NCBI GenBank assembly: GCA_009103225.1
Contig: RHPI01001037.1
Coordinates: 434,001-498,000 of the forward strand
DNA: 64,000 bases
Direction: 5' to 3'
Source: Chlorokybus atmophyticus
Lineage: Eukaryota; Plantae; Mesostigma and Chlorokybus algae
The notes under the pieces are model-generated. The model saw only the letters and a list, made by a program, of their open reading frames with translations, made no database searches and was not told where the DNA came from. The stretch's first letter is position 1, and each line of letters starts with the position of its first letter. Positions 36,555 through 50,519 of the stretch are shown one piece after another. Position numbers and translations under genes: made by a program.

Positions 36555-36975
36555 TATGATAGCGACAGTTATATGTAAGATATCCGCAGTCATGTATTAC
36601 ATATCAACATACTTGTCTTCCTAGGTGTCTTTGTCTACAACATAGATACATCTACATATTAGACATTTGTAGCTAACTAGCCCAGAGCAATGTCTGTCTG
36701 ATAAACACCTACATACAAGATGTTTACATCTACAATATAGACATAGATGGCTAACTGTTCCATACCAATGTCTACCTTGTAGCAGCAAGCATACATGCTT
36801 GTTGATTGTACAGGATATGAGCGAGACAATTGGCGACATGCATGATGTCACAACAGCATAGCATACCAGCATGCAAACACAGTCACATACACCACCACCG
36901 GGCTCTAAGTGCTTGGACATATGTGTATCTCACATATGTCCAAGCACTTAGAGCATAACTACTAGCTGCGTTACA
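36555..36975 (-). repeat. E2 5' LTR (inner end not recognisable), containing a perfect 24-bp stem hairpin
   Basis: Homologous to 19230-19538; starts TGTAACGCAGCTAG on the minus strand; flanked by GCGTC. Confidence 0.8.
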
Positions 36976-37524
36976 GCGTCTCTTGAATCCACCTTGACTT
37001 CGTTTATGCTATTCTGCTGTGTTAAACCAATGCGAGTAACATATGCCTCGGCTGCTGCAAGTTGTGCCCCTGCCCTTGCCATCTGTCTAACTCTGTCTGC
37101 ACCCACTACCGCATTTGCCTGCGCGCACACGCATGCACGTAGTCTGGTTGTGGGTTAGGTGAAGATTGGGCTTGATGGCTACACCCCCCGGCCAACTTTG
37201 TAAGCATTGTCGCTCGTGCTGTGCGTAGCGTACTGCTCTGCATGTTGCCTGCCTACTCTATGCACCATCCTTGATACTGTACGCTCGGCATATTATACAC
37301 GCTGAGCTGCCAAACAACTGAAGACTGCCTGCCAGATAACAGCGCTTTTCCATGGCAATGCGATTGGCATGGCGTTGCCAAGGGTGCCTACAAACTAGTA
37401 TTTTCCTTTAGTGGTTGGACTATACATGCAGTATTCCAATCAAAATCACATACTGAAATCCGCTACACTGCGCGACTGCCACTCCTGGACATCTAATAAA
37501 GAGGCAACAACTGAGCAGCTTATG

Positions 37525-40500
37525 CTAATCAGCATCGGAGGAGTCCTCCGCGCTGCTACTGAGGGATCGAGATGGGGAAGCTAGCTGCCGTCCATGGTTG
37601 CCCCTTGCTGGCTCTGGTGACTCACCATCCCTTCCCTCACTGTCGGTATTGTGCTGGCTGTCATCAGAGCTGCGCCAGCGCCTCTGAGGTGGCGCAAGCT
37701 CATCATCAGATACTTCACTTTCCGGAATAACATCATCCCCAGCATCTACCATGTTGTCGTCTTCATCACCATCTTCCTCTTCTTCCGAATCTTCCACATA
37801 ATCACCCTCTTCCTCTTCAGCATTCTCTTCCTGCTCGTACTCTGCACCGTCTGAGCCTTCATCTTCCACCTCATCGGCTTCAGGAGTTGGCTCGGCGCCA
37901 TTCGCCCAGGCCTCCTCTGAGCCTGACTCGCTAGCCGCGCGGCCGGGAGTCTGGTCTTGTGCTGAGGGAGCTACATCAAGTAGTTCCAGCTGATCTTCAT
38001 GCACGGTGACACAGCGCTGTGCACCTCGCGCTCTTGAGGTACGGGGTGCTTTGCGGGCAAGACCTCCACGTCCTCGACCTCGGCCGCGACTGCGCCCGCG
38101 ACCACCTCTCCCACGCCCGCGACCACGACTGCCAACCACAAATCCAGCGCGCATTGCTGTTCTAAACATGGGCTTGGGCAACTCGAAGTCGTTTTCAAAT
38201 TCTGCCTCCGGGAAATCAGGCCACAGGCTGCTTTTGCCGGCAATGGCAACAGAACGGCTGCCTCGCGCACGTGCACGACCCCGGCCCCGCACAGGCGCTT
38301 TCGGGGCTGGCAGATCTTCACGCTTGTAGATAAAATGACTGTCAAAATCCAGTAGGCGCAGCGCAACTGCAGCAGTAGTTGCTGGCATCCACGGCGGCAC
38401 TTCAACATCCATAGCCTCTGCACCATGTTCCTGTTCCTTGTGTAGTGGTTGCTGTGTTGTGAGGAAGCCGTATCCAGGCCGTATCCACTCGGGCTTCACT
38501 GCACCTTCCAATTGCGCCAATGCCTGGCAGGCAACCATGTGAGACGGACATGTTTGCACACATCACTTGCGTATTTTGTACACATCTGGTAGTTGAACTG
38601 GGGTACCCACACACCTGTAACAGTGACCTAGCATCTGAGGCGTTCTTGACTTTTGACAACCAGCCATCTCGTTGATTACCCATCCATGACTGCTGAACGG
38701 CCTCCGGCAATATCACAGCCTGCAAGGTATCAAATCAACAGAGCGCTCTCCTAATGCTGACCCAGGCTGCGCTAGATTGATGGCTTAGCATGCACCAGAA
38801 TGCATACCTCCATGTCCATAAGCTCTGCTTTCAGTTTTTTCAAAGCAGGAGAGGCTGCTGCGAGTGAGGCACCAGCTTGCTCTCTTTGCTCAGAACATTG
38901 CTTTTGATGGGCCTTGAACCGCGGAGGGTTCATGAAGACATTGTCAAATGTAGCATGGCAGTAAGCACAGTGATACTCCTGACCATCATGGATGGGTTCC
39001 TGCAAGGTCACCTGGTGAGACAACCTGGCAAACCGTTCACACAGCTGCATGGTAGGTTTAAGCTTACCTGGCAGATATCGCAGCGAACAGCTTCGTTGTC
39101 CTCTGTCTCCATAACAAGCTTGCTTGCACACGATTGCACACTCCACACCCAATCACGCCAACTGGCACTACTTCGTTTGGTCATGACATCCAGGTGAGTG
39201 CCCTCCTTGGCTGTCAGCTTCATAGTTTGATAGAACGCAGCCTGATGCCTGTTTAATGCTTCCAGCAAAGCGCGTTCCTTGGTTCCTCGAGGGTCGAGCG
39301 CCTGGCACAGTGCAGAATAAGCCTGCACAAATACAAAACTTGAGGCACCGCCCAAACAGTACTGAGCGCAAAACGGCCTCTGTCATAGCTAATGCTCAGC
39401 TTAATTGCCATGAAGAGAATCATGTGTGTCCAGAGAGCAGTAGCAGATCTCACCTCTTCACTCTTCACCCAGCCCCAGCGTTCCCCAGTTGCCGACTCAA
39501 AGTACAGATAACTGCAGGTGGAAATTCCATCTTCTGATTTCTCAGAAAATTGAAAGTAACGGTTGTACCGGCGGTCAACTCCCAATGGTTCGGTCCGTAT
39601 AGCGTACTCTTCTTCTGCTTGACGCAGCGCTTCAGCACGTTGTGCACGACGCTGCGCATCCGTCTCAGCATTTGGAGCGTCCGCTTCTGTGGGACTGTTG
39701 GGTGCTTGCACATCATCTGTGCCAGGTGATTTTGCAATGGCAATTTCCAAAGCGTGTGCGCGCTGCCTGCGACGTTGCTCCTGCAGTTCTTGCCAAAGCT
39801 TCCTGCGAATGTCCATGCCTGTCTCTATCCTCTCCTGAAAAGGAGAAAATCGTGTTATGCATGGTGACTGCAGCACGCAAACGCAGGGTTGTGAACGACA
39901 TCATCCAGACCAATACCTCTAAAACCCGACGAAGTGTGCAGCCTTCTATAGTTGTGTGGCAAAGGGCAACCAGGCCATGGAGGCGCTCAATTGCGGTCAA
40001 TGAGCTGTATTCGCCTTTCAAAAGTGCTTCCACCCAGTCTTCCCCCATTTCGTCTTCAACTGCCTGCAATTGCAGTTGGTATCAATGCAATCATAACACT
40101 ACATGATAGATGACAGTAGACGACCTTAGCACCTTGTACTGGCGTTCCATAGGCTACCTACCTCATCTTTGTGGGCAACAGCCGCTTGACCATCCTGATG
40201 CACAGCTGCCACAATATCACCAGAATGTTGTGTGCTGCGGTGCGCTACAGCAGACGAGCCTGCCAGGAGATGGCCTTCAAGTTCTTCGTGTTCCCGATCG
40301 TACTCCGCATTTTGGTTGAGGTCTATTTGCCAACGCGGTGTTGGCATGCTAGTTTCTTCGGGTGTTACATCAGCTGGCTTTGCATCCGTAGCGATGCGAG
40401 GCGGCGTTGCTTTTACAGCAGACTCCTTGCCAGCATCGGCAAACTGACTGCAGAATGTGGAGCGCAGTGCATAGCGAGCGGGTCCTACGCGCACAAAGCT

Positions 40501-43500
40501 TATCTCCCGCGAGAGTGACCCTGCCAATGCTGCCTCTGGTGCCTTGTTGTGTCGCAGGTCCTTCAGGCCCGCGTTCTGCGGCACGCCACATCTTACAACA
40601 AATAAACTTGTGCACGCATGTCTAAGTCTAGGTCTCGATGGAAATAAAAAGTTTGCGTACAGTCATTGCCAAATCAACCGGCCGATCAATGGTTTAGGTG
40701 CACTTACTTGAATGCGCTCAACAATCTCAGCAACTGTTAGGCCTGCAGCGTCGGCTTGCGATAACACTGTCCAAGCAGCATGCTTCAGAGAGCCAGGTGC
40801 AAAGCTACGTGGCGCATGCTTGGTTACAGGAGCCCGATTCCTGCGCATCATAAGCGTCTCTGCCGCAGCTGCCGCAGCAGCTGCGCCAGAACGCAGTAGA
40901 CCCACAGTCTCCGTTGCATCAACTTCAGCATTTCCAACAAGAAGTTCCTCCCGCTCCTGGGAAGAATGCCGCTTGGGACCGTAACCGGCGGCCAATGCCA
41001 CTTGTCGTAGCACTTCCGGCCAGGTGATGGCACATGTATGCTTTCGCCAAATGCCAGCATCAAATAACCATGCAGTTGCCTGCAATGGAACCAGAAAAAG
41101 TTCGGCACTGGCAGGCGGCATTCTGCTTCAACTGCAGTGCAAGAAATCAGTGGACAAAGGGTTACCTCTTTACTTAGGGCAAGACTACCAGCCACAGCCT
41201 GAAAGCCAGCACCCAGACTTCCTACTTGAGAAGCAGTCGCTGCTTCTTCCATGTCCATAGCAATGGTGCGAAGCATAGTGATGTGAATCCTACCCAGCAG
41301 CACTGATTCCTGCTACGCAATATGTTAATTGCAGCAGAGGGTCGACCAACATAATGTTGACAGGCTGCACACCTTTTCATCCAATGACCGAGCTAGCTCT
41401 GCTATCGTGCAAAGGGGGATGTCAAGTTTTGAGCCGAATGTTGCAATGAAGCTCCACACCTGTAATAAGCGGCTTAGCTGGAGCAACCATTGAAGGCATA
41501 ACGACACCACTGCTGTCACAGACACCATCGTGCATACCATAAGCAACTCGCCAACAGCTCCAGGGGAATCATGCCATGGGCTCTGATCAAACAAGTCCGT
41601 GAAGGCAACAGTCTGAGGAGGGAAATCTGGCAGTGGCACTGCAGCACACCAGCCTGTCAGTACTGTTGGCAGCCAATAGTAGAAGGTCAACGCATATGTA
41701 CCTCGCCCTGCATTTCGATCCAAGAAGTCCAGGCCAAGCTGCTCCAGCTCCAAGCGCTCGTCATCTGCACCTTCAGCTGCCTCTCGTTCAAGTTTGCGCG
41801 CTTCCTTTTTGCGACGAGCTTCCTCTGCCTTAGCTGCTTCTCGAGCAAGCTTCAACTCTTCCCGCTGCTTTTCTTTCTCCAGCTGCAAGTTCAAACTGTA
41901 TTGTTTACCAGTGGACAGTAGATAGTACGCAGCTCTGGAGGTACAAATTGCCTGGCTTACCCTTTGTTCTTCGCGTACACGCTCCTTCTCCAATCGTTCA
42001 TGCTCCTTTCGTCGCTCTCTCTCCAGGCGCTCATCTTCCTTTTGGCGCTCTCGTTGCAATCGTTCTTCTTCTCGTCGGCGTTCTTTATCAATTCGCTCAG
42101 CTTCCTTGCGTGCTGCTTCCTCCATCTGCACAAGTTGCCAAGTCACGTCTTGGAAATGTACAATCACTGAAGCCAGGCAGTGTTGCAGTGCAAGGCCATT
42201 CTCGGAACTAACCTTACGCAACTGTATCTGTTGCCTCTCCATTTCCTTCATCACCTTCTTAGTTTGCAGTTCAGCTTCTTTTTGTAAACGCTGTTCCCCC
42301 AGCTGCATGTTTACGATTGTGTTAACACTTACACTGAACTGGTCCAGGGGGCTATGCAAGTTCGAGGTCTACAAATCACATTGTATACCTTCCTTTTCCT
42401 CTCACTTCGAGCATCCAAGTCAACCTGTTCGTGCAAACACACATCACCATGTTAGCACATTGATATAAGCAGTACTGCACCAGCCACACATGCCTGTTTG
42501 TGCTTGGAGAATGCACGACGCCCCTGCGGCTCTTGCTGATGGTCAGAATCGTCTTCATGCTGATCATGTAAACCAGCCTAAACAAGTCCAGAGGGTTACA
42601 AACCTCTCTCTTTGACAGTGCCAAGATAGACCTAATGCGACTTGCGTGCATCTTTTACCAAGGACTTACCTTGCGTTCCTGACTGCTCATTCCAGACTGT
42701 TGTTGTTTGGGTGACACCCCTTCCATATCAGCTGGAGGCAGGTTGATGTCCAACTTTGGCGGTGGTCGCGGTGCACGGGGAGATGATGGCAGGTGCCGAA
42801 CCTGTGTAGCTGCACAGTTGAGTGTCGCTGCAAAACCAAGCTATGAAATGCAGCCTCAGTTCACACCCTACCTCCAACTTGGACTTTTTGCGAGTTGATG
42901 GTAGTGCTTCCTCGTCATGTGCCGCAACGCGCTTCTGACCTGTTAAGCGCAGCAGTTGGATGCACTGAGCCAGCAGGAACTGCTGCTACAACCAGAGCCA
43001 CAATGTTCACAAGCTCACCAACGCCGCGAAGCTCTGGAAAGGCGCCCATTGGTAGTGGGTCAAACTCTGTGGCCATGCGTGGGCCATCTCTTCGGTATGA
43101 CGCATGCATCAACGCAATGGCTCGGTCAATACGCTTTTGCGTTTGCTTTGAAGCTTCAGAGGCAGCTGCTCGCGCTGCTTCTGCGCGTGCCGCCTTCTCG
43201 GCTTCTTCTGCTGCCCTTGCATACGCCTCAGCTTCTGCGAGCGCTGTCGCTTCGGCCCGTGCAGCCTCCTCCTTCGCACGCGCAGCCTCTTCTGCCATGC
43301 GCCGGGCCCTTTCAGCAGCGGCCTGTGCCGCAGCAGCGGCCTGTGCGGCTACAGCAGCCGCAGCTGCTGATGAGGCTGCACTGCCGCTAGGTGCATGACG
43401 TTCATTGGCATGAGTGCGTGGTGCATTTTCTGCTGATGCATGAGGACCTTCTGCCCTTTTGTCTCGGCGCCGCCGATGACTGAACCACATCTGCAGTTGC

Positions 43501-44099
43501 CGATCCGACAGACCTGTACCCGCCAGCAACTGCTCAAAGGTGTCCTGGGAAGGATACCGGCTCTCTGCACACACAGCAAGTAGATTGACTGAGTTCTGTT
43601 AATCTGCAACACCGACAACATTGTTCATGCAAGCAGCTACAATTGACAAACACCAAAACCACTTCAACACCTCATGCGCTTAAGCATTAAACAGCCGTAG
43701 CCATATTGCTTTGTGAGTGAAATGCAATGGCACACAGGCACATGTTGCCTTGTGGCATCACAACCGCAAACCGTCAGCAATGTCGCAGCGCGACAAGGAT
43801 TTGTGCAAAAGGAACATATAGCGAGCAAGTGATGGACAGGGCGTTGTCAATGCAGGCATGCTGGTGAACGTGACAGCCGCTTGCAAGCAAGTTGACTGTG
43901 CGCATAGCAACTGCCTATGACGATGGCAGCAAGAACCCGAGTTTGCATGGGGCGCTGTAAACCAACCTGCGTAGGCGCGCTCCAGAAATTCAAGCTGCTC
44001 TGGCGTTTTCATCACCTTTTGCCTGCGCTTTTTGGGTGACCCTGAGTCTACGTTGGAGGGCCCAACACCCCGATCGTCAAGCTCAGCGTCGGAATCCAT
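37525..44099 (-). CDS. RLT: Homeobox-DDT domain protein (RLT/RINGLET-like ISWI partner), multi-exon
   Basis: Homeodomain KTPEQLEFLERAYAE..YPS...LSDRQLQMWFSHRRRRDK; DDT PLPDFPPQTV...ELLMVWSFIATF; HARE-HTH GSLKHAAWTVLS...LSREISFVRVGPARYALR; WHIM1 WVEALLKGEYSSLTAIERL; WSD RTEPLGVDRRYNRYF...LDPRGTKERAL; acidic tail. ATG 44099, stop 37525. Confidence 0.9.
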
Positions 44100-45428
44100 G
44101 ACGGCGACCACCCTAGCTGGATGCCAGGGCAGCTCAGCCAGCCAGGCGGCGGCGCTCGTCCGCTCGCAGCCTCAGTAAAGCACGTCACCACAAAAGCCTA
44201 CCGTGTATCAGGCACAACGCCTCCGCCCTCGCCGCTGCCAAGATCCACAGCAACAACGGCACGGCCCATGACGGCAAGGATGCTGACAGCGACACCTCAC
44301 ATAGGCCAGCTCCACCTTGCCAATTGAAACCCTTGTCAGCCTGACGTGCCTGCTACGCCTGACGTTGTGCCTTGCTCGCCTCCACTCAAGGCCAAGAAGC
44401 GCTGGTGTGTAAAACTCGTTGCTATGGCGGCCACAGCTGCTGCTCAAGAACAGCTGGCAATAGCATCGAAGCTGCGAAAGAGGAAAGGTCGCAGCTGTGT
44501 ATGTGACGGCCAGCAGCAGCAGTAGCAATCGCTGCGTTGATAGTACAGATGGCAGCAGCAGTTGCTTCGCGGCTACAGCTGCTGCTGGTGCTGGTGCCCG
44601 TGCTATTACCATTCCTACGAAAGCTTCCGCGTGTCATGATCAACTGAGCATCATTCATCAGCAACAGATTGGTAATGGCCTAGGCAGGTGCTTGACCCGA
44701 CTCGTCCTGCTGTGCCGCTGCCTGGCGGCCACAGCCGATCGTCAGACAGGCCTCTCTAAAGTTTAGAGTCAGGCTAGCAGCGCACGGCTGGACTTGTCTG
44801 TTGTTTGCATCCAACCCTGCTGCTGCCTTTCCCGCTCCGGACCGTGGCCGTCACTGGCCGGCGTCGTTCCGTTTATCCTCGCTCCCCAGCCGCAACAAAC
44901 TCACAAACAAAATGCTGCTTGGCACAAAAAGCGCGCAACAAAGGTGTGAACTGTTCACATGAACTTCTTTTCTTGTGTTTTGTCGTTACATTGCACTTTG
45001 CACTGGGCGGGTCAGAGAAGTTCGAGCGGTGATATCGCCGACGGCGCCATCGTGATCACCAGCATGCGTCACACACATGCGTGCCTCCTCTGCTGGTACG
45101 TTGCGACTTGCGCAGGATGGTGGGGCAGACCTAGACCAGAGAGACCTAGGGCTGCCTAGGTAGGGCTTGCGCGATTACTGAAGCAGAGCTCCGGTACAGT
45201 GGTACGCCTGATACAAGCATTGTTGTTGGTGACCCACCATGAGCGTCACGCGCTTGATAGTCGCATGCGCGTGACGCCCATGTGGTGTCGCCAACTGAGG
45301 CGGAGCTACAAGGGCGTTGGGCATGTTGAGGGCAGGCTGCAGTTTGGTGGCGGGTGCGGCGGCCGCGGAGGTGGCCTGGCGTGAGCTGAGAAGAGGTGGT
45401 CATGTCGGGAGCCAGGGCTCGAGCCAGG

Positions 45429-47209
<1,781 letters not shown>

Positions 47210-49193
47210 GTTCAGTTCTGTATGGCCGATGGTGGCTACTTTTACTGCTGAGCCAGTGCACCTTTGCCTCCGCTGCCATGTAGTCGTTGAGCATTTCACT
47301 TGCGCAGATAACCGCTCGGATTTTTGGGACTTTTGTTTGCTGCTTGCACAGCATGCAGCAAGCAAACCTCGCGTGACATCTGCTGAGACTGTACCGGCCC
47401 AGATGCTACGTCTGTGGTTTATCACGACACTGCCATATGGATATTGTACAAAGCTACAGGGGACCATGTGTCTGTTGCTCACTCGCACATCAGCACACAC
47501 TGTCACAAGCACATGCATTGTATGCGTGGGTGTGCATGACTATGCATGACTGAGCATTACCTACCTTACTCTATACCATATGCATGCATGACTGACCGGG
47601 ATGGGCAGTAGAACTACCTTAGCGAGTAATTTGTTAGGCGTAGTGAGAATGATTAGCCAGGTGTTTGTATAACTGAGTGAATAGACTGACTGTCTGACGT
47701 GACTGCTGTTGATTGCTCTGCGCATGGTACACCATATGCATGCCTATATGTAGGTTTGACCTTCATACACTGGCAGCGCGCACATTACGGTGTCTGATTC
47801 ACTCAGGAGGGTGTTGGTCACAACATTGGGAGTCCCAACGGTGTAGGTAAGGGGTATGGACCGTATGGTACTGTACAAACAATGAAACGGAATTGCTTAG
47901 GCTGCCTAAGGCATGGTGATGGTCATAACACTCAGAGTCACAGCGTCGGCACAGCCAAAGGGAGTACGGTTGTCGCATGCCGTGCATGCAAATGCATGCA
48001 CCGCGCCAATAAACGAAACCATAACAACTGGACGCAGTCGCGACCGGGCGACCGGGTGGAGGCGGTGGGTGGGCGGCGGAGGGGGAGTACGGTGAGTCTG
48101 CTGTGGCTGCTGACTGCGCAAGGGTTGGGCCACTCACCATCGGCCGTGGTGCAGGTGATTACCAGGTCAAACTGCGCATCCATGCATCCATGCAGTAGAT
48201 GTTAGCCCGGTGGTCATTACTTGGTGAGGTATGTATTAGTGTGCATGTGGTGTTGGAGTGGTGTGCATGTAGCACGGTGTTGCGTGTGCACAACAGCAAG
48301 TCATATATCCTGTACACAATAAGTATCCCACACAATTCAACACTTCACCACCGGGATGTGTGTGCAAACGTCTGATCTGTGCAACACAAGCAAGGGATGG
48401 ATACGGGCATCTGTATTACTACCAGGAGGTAATGGTTGCTATGGTGATGGCTTACACAATGATGTTGCAAGCTTGGCCACAGCTTACCATTTGCACATAC
48501 TGGGAGGCAGGAATGTGACGTGGGGACGACCATGACATAACTATCGTGGTTGTTGTAACTGTCCTACTTGTAACTGTCATAATAAAAGGCTTCGCGTGGC
48601 CCATAATCATGCTTTGCATACATGCATCAGCTGGCGCCCTGGCGCAACAGCGACCCATTACCATACACATGCCACAACAGTGCTAGAACGACTGGCTGAC
48701 GTGCTAGCACTACATGGGCAACACTGGGTGACACTGCAACACTAGAGTTGAGAGGAACACAATCTAGGCAACGACCAACAATGCAACAGTCATAGCACCA
48801 GGTAACAACTGTGTAACCCTTAGCCTGGTCATAAGTCAACCCCTTCAGACCGTTGCAGACCTGTGCAATCCAAATTCAATACCGCTTACACTTGCAACCG
48901 AACCTTGCCCGACACCACACCCTGCCCGCAGCGCACCACTTGTGATCAGACCATGCAAACAAGCAACTGCATGCACTGCAATTGTGCTGATAACGCGAAG
49001 CGCAATTGCGGGTCGACTGTTAACAAAATCATTCTAAAAGTCCACAACAAGCTCTTCGCTGTGCCGAAGCTTCAAGTTAAACTACAGTGGTCCCTGTAAA
49101 GCAGAGCAAAGCAACATCAACGGCCGCGCCTCTGGACGAGTGTAACATGCATTTTGCAAGCACTCCTCCCATACCTGACGCAGGAATGGCTGT

Positions 49194-49627
49194 TTAGATG
49201 TTGCTGGGGTACATGAACACTCGAAGCCTTCCGCCCTGTCCATATGCACCACTGTTATTACTTCACAACCACCGCTGCTCCGTGCTAGTAGATCAGATCG
49301 CTGTTACATTACGAGTGCACGTAGTATTACCAGTGAGCTCGGGGGCAGGTTTTTGCGAAACTGCGCGCGAGCAACGCCGGAGTTGCCATGAGGGCGGATA
49401 ACCTTTCCCCAAATGCAGCGGTAGCGGGTGCCAGACTTGCCCTTCGTCGTGTTTGCCTTATACACATAGGCCACGCGCTTACCAAGGTACGACTTCAGGT
49501 CCTCAGCTGTCTTGACGCCCTCCACCTGAACCAACGACGTGCTTGGGTACTGGTTGCTCTTGCTGCGCTTGTAGCCCAGCACAATCCCGCGGGAATACAA
49601 CCGCACGCGCTCTCCGTCACCCGCCAT
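49194..49627 (-). CDS. RPL35A: 60S ribosomal protein L35a (eL33), exons 49627-49331 and 49235-49194
   Basis: [24 protein letters not shown]...[14 protein letters not shown]...NLPPSSL|[13 protein letters not shown]; 95-nt GT-AG intron. Confidence 0.98.
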
Positions 49628-49698
49628 TGCCGTCAACGAGCGAGGGGCCCGCACCCGCCGCCGCCGACGCCAGCAACCCCGCCGCCGCTGAAGAGACC

Positions 49699-49912
49699 AA
49701 CCCTAGCGCAGGCTCTGAGCATGTAACCCTAGCCGCCGCCGACGACGGCAGCTCCAACTCTACTTACAACGCCCGATCCAACGTATCCGCCAACGCGCCA
49801 CGGCAGCCGTTGCACCTCGCATTCGCGCGGGCGCTCGTTGCTTTGTTGTGTTTGAACGTTCAAACAGCGCTGCGAAGCGACTGCAAACCCTAGAGCACTG
49901 CAGAACCCTAAC
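49699..49912. promoter_or_regulatory. Cluster of telo-box-like motifs in the divergent RPL35A / POLQ promoter region
   Basis: AAACCCTAG at 49885-49893, plus AACCCTAG at 49699 and 49725 and AACCCTAAC at 49904. Confidence 0.55.
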
Positions 49913-50519
49913 CTGGGAGGTACACGTGGCAGTGTCCTGGTCGGCGGGAGCGGCGGCGGCGGCTGGGGTACCGCTGGCCTTGTTGGCCTCGTTAGGAGAC
50001 GACGTTTTGCTGCCGATATGTTTTATCGGGCAAATTGGTGGAAGCGCAGGTAGGCTGGTTGCCTTGGCAGTAAGGCAAGATAGCTCTGCCGAGATATATG
50101 ATGTTGATGAACTGCCTGGCTGTAAGATTTACGCCGTCCTGCTTTGCATATCATGTGCATGCACAGCCAGTTGTCGTGTGGTTCTATATGTTCATCCTCA
50201 AAGGCTTTGCGGCAAGATATGTGACTGTCACCAATCCGACATGCTCAACTACTTGATTGTCATGTATGGCTAGGTCATGTTACCATATATGTATGTAACA
50301 GTTGTATATGCAGTGAGCATGCGCGTGTGTTATCGCAGGCAGCGAGGTTGTTTGTCGTAATTTTGATTGAAGCGACCGTAAACACACCATACATGCATGG
50401 ATGGTTGGAAGCTGAAGAGCAGCTCGCAGTTGGATCGGCACGAGAAAGAAGTAAGTCCCTATTGCAAACTTCATCAATTTCTGCTCAGGTACAACGCTTA
50501 GATAACACGACATTAACCT

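Larger units (their letters stand above)
19230..36975 (-). mobile_element. E2: older chromovirus LTR retrotransposon on the minus strand, hosting nested insertions and deletions
   Basis: Homologous LTR copies at 19230-19538 and ~36555-36975 with TGTAACGC...GCGTTACA ends; identical 5-bp flanks GCGTC at 19225-19229 and 36976-36980; PPT (minus) TAGGTGGAGAGGAG at 20936-20949; chromodomain YEVEAIL, integrase, RNase H, RT (YLDD ~23415; RMCVDYRALN), protease LVDTG, gag knuckle CLLCKKPGHRLVEC. Confidence 0.85.

Noticed and set aside
36902-36965. Helitron 3' end (hairpin followed by CTAG)
   Set aside because: Homology with the partner copy continues past CTAG to GCGTTACA, with LTR-type termini, a PPT and a 5-bp TSD, and there is no T after CTAG.
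37971-38329. RG-rich tract as a separate element
   Set aside because: Part of the last RLT exon (RGRGRG low-complexity region).
37651-44766. Many plus-strand ORFs over RLT, and similar antisense ORFs over other genes and pol regions
   Set aside because: Shadow frames of GC-rich coding sequence with no independent motifs.
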